NCBI GenBank assembly: GCA_043801585.1
Contig: JAZDLX010000153.1
Coordinates: 1-16,053 of the forward strand
Origin: a bacterium
GTDB taxonomy: Bacteria > Electryoneota > Electryoneia > Electryoneales > Electryoneaceae
DNA length: 16,053 bases
Direction of reading: 5' to 3'
Numbering within the stretch: the first letter of the stretch is position 1; every line of letters begins with the position of its first letter. The notes below the pieces were generated by a model. That model was not told the origin of the DNA. It saw nothing but the letters and a program-made list of their open reading frames with translations, and searched no databases. The position numbers and the translations under genes are program-made. Below, one piece after another: positions 1-6,697 of the stretch.

Positions 1-2
1 GA

Positions 3-362
3 GGGGTCATTCTGGTTGTTGAGGATGATGAAGGCGTTCGGTTGACGACCCAGGAACTCCTTATGAACCTCGGGTACCAGGTTGAGATTGCATCGACGCC
101 TGAAGAAGGGCTGAAGTTGTATGCCGCCAGGCAGGGTCAGGTGGATTTGCTGCTAACCGATGTCGTCATGCCCGGGATGAGCGGACCTGAGATGGTGAGT
201 GAACTAAGGAAACACTATCCCGACATGCGGGTGCTTTTCATGTCTGGCCACACACCTCAGGAATTTCAACGGCGCGGGTTGCTGAAACCTGAGGATGACA
301 TCCTTCAGAAACCGTTCACCGTTCGAGAGCTTGCTGAGAAGATTCACGAAAAAATCATCTGA
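3..362 (+). CDS. Response-regulator receiver domain, 5'-truncated; probably the C-terminal receiver of a hybrid sensor histidine kinase
   Basis: The frame is open from position 3: GVILVVEDDEGVR...DLLLTDVVMPGMSG...VLFMSGHT...LQKPFT. It has the acidic pocket, phospho-Asp, Ser/Thr switch and KP motif. The ORF-track start at 42 is internal. Confidence 0.88.
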   Translation, partial: GVILVVEDDEGVRLTTQELLMNLGYQVEIASTPEEGLKLYAARQGQVDLLLTDVVMPGMSGPEMVSELRKHYPDMRVLFMSGHTPQEFQRRGLLKPEDDILQKPFTVRELAEKIHEKII

Positions 363-365
363 ACG

Positions 366-399
366 AAGAAACCCTCCGGAATACGGAGGGTTCTTTCTT
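366..399. terminator. Intrinsic terminator between convergent genes, probably bidirectional
   Basis: The stem AACCCTCCG (370-378) / CGGAGGGTT (384-392) encloses a GAATA loop. It has an A-rich left flank and a T-rich right flank, and lies between the stops at 362 (+) and 423 (-). Confidence 0.8.
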
Positions 400-422
400 A
401 TGAAATGAAAACTGCAAATCAA

Positions 423-2372
423 TCAACTTATCCGGTTTCCCGAGGCGACGCCACTGTCAGTGGTGAGTAAACTCAGCGAATCACCCTCCCGCACGGCGAG
501 CAGCATTCCCTGGCTATCCACTCCCTTGATCTTCGCCGGTTGCAGGTTCGCGACAATGATGATCGTTTTGCCGATGAGACTCTCCGCCGTATAGTGCTGT
601 TTGATCCCGGCCACAAGCTGGCGCTCTTCATCGCCGATCTGGACGCGCAGTTTCATCAGTTTGTCCGTATCCTCAACAGGCTCAGCCTCAAGGACCTTCG
701 CTGTGCGGAGGTCGACGTTCTTAAAATCGTTGAACGTGATCATTCCGTCCTCATCGGGTTGAATCGGAGTGTGTTCCTCGCTGCTGCCGCTTTTTCCACC
801 AGATTCTTTCGAACCGGCGGAAACCTTTGTGTCCGCGGGCATTTTTGCACCGGCCGGGGCGTCATGGCGGGGGAAAACGGCATCGCCGTGGCTCGCTGTC
901 TTATCGGTGACAGCTCCAGTCCAGGCGACATCATCCCAGGTGAAACCGTTCGTTGTTACAATCCCGAGTCGTTGCAGCACTTCGGCGGATTTCACCGGCA
1001 TCACGGGGGAGAGGAGAGTCGCGGCGATACGGATGCCCTCCGCGGCGCGGGCGAGATCCACCCCTGCGCGTTCTTTGTCCTTTTTCGCCACGGACCACGG
1101 CTGCCGCTCTGTAAAATCACGGTTGATCGCCCGGACGAATTGCAATGTCTCTTCGATGGCGTTGTGGATCGCAAACTTTTCGATGGAATTGCGGACTTCG
1201 AACGCTGTCCGAGCGGCAAGCTCCACCAACGGGTCTTCGTCTTCGACCTCCGGATGGGGGATGACGCCGTTGAAATGCTGCACGATCAGTTTGGTCACTC
1301 TGTTGAGCAAATTGCCGAAGTCGTTGGCGAGGTCGCTGTTCAGCCGCTTGACCACGTTCTCTTCCGAAAAATTGGCGTCCTGACCGACGACCATGTCACG
1401 CATCAGGTAGTAGCGGAACTCATCCGGTCCGTAGATGTCCGCCAGATCGAGGGGTTTGACCACATTGCCCCGGCTCTTGGACATCTTCTCCGCATCCAGC
1501 CCCATCCACCAGCCGTGGGCGAGAATGTGGCGTGGAGGCTCGAGTCCGGCGGCGTGCAGCATGATCGGCCAGTAGACGGCGTGTGTCGTCAGGATGTCCT
1601 TGCCGATCAGGTGGAAATCCGCAGGCCATTTCGGCGACGTGCCTTTCGCTGGATGGATCGTCGCGGAATAGTAGTTGGTCAGCGCGTCGAACCAGACGTA
1701 GGTGACGAATTCCCTGTCCCAGGGGATCGGGATCCCCCAGCTCAGGCGGCTGGACGGCCGGCTGATGTTCAGGTCGCCGAGTGGCTGACGCAGGAACCCC
1801 AACACCTCGTTCATGCGAAAGGAGGGGAGAACAGCGTCAGGGTGGTTCTCGTACCAGTCGATCAGCCACTTCTGGTACTTCGACATGCGAAAGAACCATC
1901 CGCGTTCGGTCAGCTTCTCGACAGGACGTCCGCCGATCGGATCCTTGCCGTCGACAAGGTCTTTTTCGGTAAAAAACCGTTCCTCGAAGACGCTGTACCA
2001 TCCTTCATATTCACCTTCGTAGATGTCGCCCAGTTTGTGCAGTTTTTCGAGCAGCTCGATCACGACATCCTTGTGTCTCTGTTCGGTGGTGCGGATGAAA
2101 TCATCGTAGGAGATGCTAAGCTTGACCCACACATCCTTGAATCGCAGGGTGGTCAAGTCGCAATGCTGCTGGGGATCGCGTCCGATTTTTTCCGCTGCCT
2201 GGGCAACCTTTTGCCCATGCTCATCCGTTCCGGTCAGCAGGTGGACGGATTCATTGAAAAGGCGGTGGTAACGCGCGATCACATCGGCCAGCACCGTCGT
2301 ATAGGCGTGTCCGATGTGCGGCTCATCGTTGACATAATAGAGCGGTGTTGTCAGGTAGAACGTGTCTTTCAT
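423..2372 (-). CDS. metG: Methionine--tRNA ligase with C-terminal tRNA-binding (EMAP II/Trbp111-like OB-fold) domain
   Basis: 649 aa. Motifs: FYLTTPLYYVN, HIGH (PHIGHAY), TGTDEHGQK, YVWFDAL, IGKDI and KMSKS. The C-terminal domain reads DLRTAKVLEAE...DKLMKL...ANLQPAKIKGVDSQGMLL. Confidence 0.98.
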   Translation of the reverse strand: MKDTFYLTTPLYYVNDEPHIGHAYTTVLADVIARYHRLFNESVHLLTGTDEHGQKVAQAAEKIGRDPQQHCDLTTLRFKDVWVKLSISYDDFIRTTEQRHKDVVIELLEKLHKLGDIYEGEYEGWYSVFEERFFTEKDLVDGKDPIGGRPVEKLTERGWFFRMSKYQKWLIDWYENHPDAVLPSFRMNEVLGFLRQPLGDLNISRPSSRLSWGIPIPWDREFVTYVWFDALTNYYSATIHPAKGTSPKWPADFHLIGKDILTTHAVYWPIMLHAAGLEPPRHILAHGWWMGLDAEKMSKSRGNVVKPLDLADIYGPDEFRYYLMRDMVVGQDANFSEENVVKRLNSDLANDFGNLLNRVTKLIVQHFNGVIPHPEVEDEDPLVELAARTAFEVRNSIEKFAIHNAIEETLQFVRAINRDFTERQPWSVAKKDKERAGVDLARAAEGIRIAATLLSPVMPVKSAEVLQRLGIVTTNGFTWDDVAWTGAVTDKTASHGDAVFPRHDAPAGAKMPADTKVSAGSKESGGKSGSSEEHTPIQPDEDGMITFNDFKNVDLRTAKVLEAEPVEDTDKLMKLRVQIGDEERQLVAGIKQHYTAESLIGKTIIIVANLQPAKIKGVDSQGMLLAVREGDSLSLLTTDSGVASGNRIS

Positions 2373-2381
2373 CAGTCTCGC

Positions 2382-4082
2382 TTAGCGTCTGCGCCGGTGG
2401 CCACGCTGATGGATTGGCTGGCCTTTCGGCTTTTGGGTGGAGTCGTCCTGGCCTGAGGGTTGGGACGATTGCCCGCCTTGATCGTTTTTCCGGTTGTCGG
2501 ACTTTGAAACAGCATTGGCATTTGTCGGCTTGTCTTTCCCGATGTTTCCCCGCCGATCCTGTTTCGCTTTTTTATGATGGCGATCGCCACGGTGTTTCCG
2601 GGAAGGATCCTTTGAATTCCGCTCCTGGTCGTTATCCCCTTGTGGTGCGGAAGATGATCCCTGGGCGTTCGATGCCGGTTTTTGTTCATCGTGGACGTTT
2701 TCTCTGCGTCCTCGTCCGCCACGGCGGCTCTTGAACAGGCGTTTCCGCCCGCGTTCCTGCTCGGCAGGTTGTGCTTCGGTCTCGCGGTTGTCGGCTGATG
2801 CCGCGCTGTTTTCATCTGCCCGATTTAAATCGGAGTTCTCTTTCCTGGAATGGTCATGATGGCCCGAGCGGCGGGATTTGCGCCGTCCCTTTTGGGGATG
2901 GTCATCATCACTTTTCTCTTCGTGGGTGAAGGAGGTTACGAGGTGGCCTTCCCTTTCCTCGCGTTCCTGAACGATGATTGAAGGGTCTTCATGGAAGAGA
3001 ATTTCCATAATTTCTTCACGTTTTTCATGATCCCAGTCGGTGAACTTGCGGACTTGATCAAACGAGTATCCGATCCGTTGTCCATCTTCCCATTTCACGC
3101 CCAGTGAGGAGTGGCACATGCTGACCTTTTCAACTACGCCCACGCCTCTTGGACCCCGTACGCGCATTCCCTCCCGGGGAAAGAGGCGGTTCACTTCCCG
3201 GTACTGATCCACTTCGTACCGCAGGCAGCAGCGGAGTTTTCCGCAGAGGCCGGTATTCTTCTGCGGATTCATTAACAATCCCTGCTCCTTGAGCATGGAC
3301 GTCGTCACTGGTTTGAATTCGCGGATCCATGTTGCGCAGCAGAGTTCGCGTCCACAAATCCCGACGCCACCGATCCGCTTCGCCTCATCACGGGCGCCGA
3401 TTTGCCGCAAATCGATACGGGTGTGGAAATTTTGAGCAAGGGTCTTCACCAGTTCGCGGAAATCGACGCGCCCATCGGCTGTGAAGTAGAAGGTCAATTT
3501 CTTTCGGTCAAGCTGGTACTCGATGTCGACGAGCTTCATCTCCAGGTTGAGCCGTTTGACTTCCTTGAAGAAAAACTGGCGAGCTTCACGTTCAGCGTCC
3601 CGGTTCCGGCGTTCCTGCTCGACCTCAACCTCTCCGGCGAGCCGTAGAATATCGGGCAACCCCTCCAACGGTTCGCTTGTACCCGCCGGCGTCCTTTCTT
3701 CCTGCGGAGGAGACTCTTCCCGGGAGGGTTCATCCCCGGCCTCCGCTTCGGGGGCGGATTCAGGCTGGTCGTCCATCGCGGTGTCATCGTCGGACACTTC
3801 GACGGCCGCCTCTTCTGCAGGGGAATCGTTCCCGTTGTCCCCGTCGCCGTCGGCGGCGGATGTGTTTTTCCCATTGCCGTTGCTGTTGCCGCTGGTGTCG
3901 AGCAAGCGGTGAATTCGCGTGAGAGTTTCCTGCCACTCTTCGCCAACGAGAATGACACGGCCAAGATCCTCACCGCGATCGGCGCTGACGATGACAAAAT
4001 CGTCGCGTTTGAGGGTCAACTCCCGAGAATTCAGGTAGACGCCTTTCCGACGCCCCTTGAACTCTATTTCCACGAGGGACAT
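2382..4082 (-). CDS. ricT: PSP1-domain protein, RicT/YaaT family, with an acidic insertion and a long basic low-complexity tail
   Basis: Motifs: MKLVDIEYQLDRKKLTFYFTADGRVDFRELVK, RIDLRQIGARDEAKRIGGVGICGRELCC and GLCGKLRCCLRYE. A GGAG ribosome-binding site lies upstream of the ATG. It sits in the familiar holB-yaaT-metG order. Confidence 0.92.
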   Translation of the reverse strand: MSLVEIEFKGRRKGVYLNSRELTLKRDDFVIVSADRGEDLGRVILVGEEWQETLTRIHRLLDTSGNSNGNGKNTSAADGDGDNGNDSPAEEAAVEVSDDDTAMDDQPESAPEAEAGDEPSREESPPQEERTPAGTSEPLEGLPDILRLAGEVEVEQERRNRDAEREARQFFFKEVKRLNLEMKLVDIEYQLDRKKLTFYFTADGRVDFRELVKTLAQNFHTRIDLRQIGARDEAKRIGGVGICGRELCCATWIREFKPVTTSMLKEQGLLMNPQKNTGLCGKLRCCLRYEVDQYREVNRLFPREGMRVRGPRGVGVVEKVSMCHSSLGVKWEDGQRIGYSFDQVRKFTDWDHEKREEIMEILFHEDPSIIVQEREEREGHLVTSFTHEEKSDDDHPQKGRRKSRRSGHHDHSRKENSDLNRADENSAASADNRETEAQPAEQERGRKRLFKSRRGGRGRRENVHDEQKPASNAQGSSSAPQGDNDQERNSKDPSRKHRGDRHHKKAKQDRRGNIGKDKPTNANAVSKSDNRKNDQGGQSSQPSGQDDSTQKPKGQPIHQRGHRRRR

Positions 4083-4124
4083 TGAAATCTCCAGACTCGG
4101 TCCGGCAGATTCCTGCCAGTTATC

Positions 4125-5306
4125 TTAAACCGTGGCGGAGGCCGGTTTTTCGAAAAGCGTCCGCCACAGACGAAGGAAGAGGTGGTACGCGATCAACGCC
4201 GGCTGCACGTTCTTCAGCAAATCGAGCCGGGCGTTATCCACCTCTTCGATGGCAGCGGCCAAATCACGTTCTTTCGTGAACGAAACGAATTTGACCAGCG
4301 CCGGATCCTTGCCAAGCTCCGGGTAATGGTCCGGAGCGGCACCATACCGCTGCACATCCCGCAACCACTTCGAGAGCAGGAGGAGCATCTCCGCAAACTC
4401 CCCGGCTGAAGCTTGCGCCCAGGTGTCCGTCATCTGATCCAGCGTGCCGGGATCTCCCCGGACGAGGTCACGCAGCAGATTGACGGCCTTCGTCATTTCT
4501 CCTGCGGGATCCTCCCGGGCCCAACGGACCGTCTCTCGCCAGGAACCGTCCGCCAAACGTGCACAGGCGAGGGCTTTGGCTTCATCCACCTCCAGCCGTC
4601 CCTTAAGTTCCTGTACAAGAACGCTTTCGGGAAGAGGAGGAAAGCGTAAAATCTGGCAGCGGGAGACGATTGTCGCCAGCAGTCGGGACTCCCGAGACGA
4701 CGTGAGGATGAACATCACGTTGTCCGGGGGTTCCTCCAGCAGCTTGAGAAACGCATTCGCCGCTTCAACGCGCAACCTGTCCGCCTGGCTGAGCAAAACG
4801 ACCCGCCAGCCTCCGGAAAAGGAAGTTAAGCGAAATTCCTGACGGAGCGCACGGATATGTTCAATCAGAATCTCCTGTCCGCCCGGCAATTGCAGGGGAA
4901 TGTACGGATCGGAGGATTTCGCGGCGAGCAGGTCGTCGATCTGCTTCCGCTGGGTATCCGTGTAATTCTCCGATGAACTCTCATCCTCCCCTGATTCCTT
5001 GGGGCGGGGGAGTGGGAAGAGGATCCGGAGTGCCGGATTGGCGAGTTTCGCCGTCTGCACACAGGCGTCACAAACGCCGCAGGGCACGGTCACCGGTTCG
5101 ATACGTCGCCTGCGATGATCCGAAAGGCAAAGCAGAGCTCGTGCCAATCCCAAAGCGGCAGCCTCTTTTCCCGATCCTTCGGGTCCAAGGAAGAGGTACG
5201 CGTGGGGAAGGCGTTCCTGTCGGACGGCGCGGGTCAGGATTTCGCGAATCCGGTCCTGCCCGACAAGGGCAGGGAACGCAACATCTATCTGCTCAATTGC
5301 CATCAT
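4125..5306 (-). CDS. holB: DNA polymerase III subunit delta' (clamp loader)
   Basis: Motifs: LPHAYLFLGPEGSGK, Zn module C..CGVCDAC, AANAFLKLLEEPP and LLATIVSRC. The start overlaps the upstream stop (TGATG); an alternative ATG lies at 5303. Confidence 0.93.
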   Translation of the reverse strand: MMAIEQIDVAFPALVGQDRIREILTRAVRQERLPHAYLFLGPEGSGKEAAALGLARALLCLSDHRRRRIEPVTVPCGVCDACVQTAKLANPALRILFPLPRPKESGEDESSSENYTDTQRKQIDDLLAAKSSDPYIPLQLPGGQEILIEHIRALRQEFRLTSFSGGWRVVLLSQADRLRVEAANAFLKLLEEPPDNVMFILTSSRESRLLATIVSRCQILRFPPLPESVLVQELKGRLEVDEAKALACARLADGSWRETVRWAREDPAGEMTKAVNLLRDLVRGDPGTLDQMTDTWAQASAGEFAEMLLLLSKWLRDVQRYGAAPDHYPELGKDPALVKFVSFTKERDLAAAIEEVDNARLDLLKNVQPALIAYHLFLRLWRTLFEKPASATV

Positions 5307-6580
5307 CAGCTACTCAGCCATTCGAGGGGATTTTGCTTGACCCTCTTGTGCCAAACCTGGAAATGGAGGCTGGTGTCGCCGGTGCTGTTTGTCGCCGCGA
5401 CCGTCCCAAGTACCCGCCCGGCTTCCACCGTCTCCCCTTCACCTATCCAGACTTCGCCCATGTGAGCGTACACGGTGTAATAGCCATCACCGTGTTCGAC
5501 GAGGATGGTCGTTCCAAAACCACGCAGAAAGGTGATTCGCTTGCAGATTCCGCTCTGAACGGCGATCACTTCCTCTCCCGCGTTGGCTCGGATGTCGACG
5601 CCGGGATTCTCAGTAAGAGTACCAGTCACCGTGTTCTTATGCAACCCGAACTGGCTGATGACTCTTCCACGGATGGGCCAGGGAAGTTTGCCCTTGGCTT
5701 TTGAAAAGCTGGCGAAGGAACGCACGTCCCTGATCACGACGTCGCCCTGCCGGGGGCCAACGCTGATCTCCTGGACGCCGCTGGTTGTACGCCGCGACTC
5801 CAGCGAGGCGATCCAGTCTTCAACTTGTTTCAGCGCCTCCTCGCGGTCGCTGATCAACTCCTCAACGGCCTTGCGGCTGCGTTGTGCGCTCGCGAGCAAT
5901 GTTTGCAGATCACGCCTGTTCTGCTGAACCCGAGCCCGTTCATTCTGAGTTTCCCGGACCAGCCTGTCCACTCGATTGACCGATTCCTGCTTGCGTTTCC
6001 GCGATGTCTGGAGGTCACTCAGTGTCTGTTCCAGTTCATGTTCACCCGCCATCTGACGGTTGCGGGCGTCGCGCAATTCACGCAGGTTCTTCGCATCCCG
6101 GTCGGCCAGTTTCTGCACGTATATCCGTCTGCGGATCAGGTCGCCAGGATTTTCGGCGGCGGCGAGAAAACGAAGGGTTCGTCGGCTTCCGTTGACATAG
6201 AGGTAAACCGCCCGGGCCGCCACGAGATCCTCAAGCTCCTTGACTTCCTTGCGGGTGGTTCCCAGCCGTTCCCGCACGACGTTCAGCCGTGCATTCGCTT
6301 CGCCGATGCGTGTGTCGAAATGGACGACCGCGCGCTGCTCCTTTATCCGTTGCTGTTCCAACTCCCGAATCAACTGCTGGCGTGTCGCGATCTGCTGATC
6401 CGTTGCGGAGATACGGGAACCGAGATCCTGCTCACTGCGTGTGTAATGGCGGAGAACCGTGGAGAGGCTGTCCAGCTCGCCGCGAAGGCGGTCCAGCCGG
6501 TCCCGTGGATTGTCCAACGCTCGCGCCGCCGCAAATGTCGCGAGCAGGGTCAGAACGAGCAGAAACTTTCGATTGAGCAA
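5306..6580 (-). CDS. envC: EnvC-like murein hydrolase activator: signal peptide, long coiled coil, degenerate M23/LytM domain
   Basis: A TTG start at 6580 gives the signal peptide MLNRKFLLVLTLLATFAAARA. A coiled-coil region follows, then KGKLPWPIRGRVISQFG...NPGVDI...EHGDGYYTVYAHM...SLHFQVW...NPLEWL. The start was chosen from the signal peptide and the upstream promoter; the ORF-track start at 6796 overlaps the divergent gene. Confidence 0.85.
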   Translation of the reverse strand: MLNRKFLLVLTLLATFAAARALDNPRDRLDRLRGELDSLSTVLRHYTRSEQDLGSRISATDQQIATRQQLIRELEQQRIKEQRAVVHFDTRIGEANARLNVVRERLGTTRKEVKELEDLVAARAVYLYVNGSRRTLRFLAAAENPGDLIRRRIYVQKLADRDAKNLRELRDARNRQMAGEHELEQTLSDLQTSRKRKQESVNRVDRLVRETQNERARVQQNRRDLQTLLASAQRSRKAVEELISDREEALKQVEDWIASLESRRTTSGVQEISVGPRQGDVVIRDVRSFASFSKAKGKLPWPIRGRVISQFGLHKNTVTGTLTENPGVDIRANAGEEVIAVQSGICKRITFLRGFGTTILVEHGDGYYTVYAHMGEVWIGEGETVEAGRVLGTVAATNSTGDTSLHFQVWHKRVKQNPLEWLSS

Positions 6581-6590
6581 TGCCAAACCC

Positions 6591-6620
6591 TTGCAAAACC
6601 AAACTTTTCCAAGGTAGTCT
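6591..6620 (+). promoter_or_regulatory. Possible sigma-70 promoter for the first M1 peptidase
   Basis: TTGCAA (6591-6596), an 18-nt spacer, then TAGTCT (6615-6620). Confidence 0.3.
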
Positions 6621-6639
6621 GACACAGCGAGCGCGTCAA
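6611..6639 (-). promoter_or_regulatory. Putative sigma-70 promoter for the envC-holB-ricT-metG operon
   Basis: On the minus strand: TTGACG (6639-6634), a 17-nt spacer, then TACCTT (6616-6611), about 30 nt upstream of the TTG start. Confidence 0.55.
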
Positions 6640-6697
6640 GGCCGTCCATCCCTATCTTAGACCAACCGGGGGCTGAATTCATTCGAGGCGTAGAACA

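Noticed and set aside
540..2456. 638-aa ORF antisense to metG, superficially recalling the Rodin-Ohno sense/antisense synthetase idea
   Set aside because: It is exactly in codon register with metG, so it stays open simply because metG avoids TTA, CTA and TCA codons. It has no recognisable class II synthetase or other motif.
2372..2815. 147-aa alternative-frame ORF abutting the metG start
   Set aside because: It lies inside the low-complexity tail of ricT on the same strand. I saw no RBS, slippery site or domain signal to support it.
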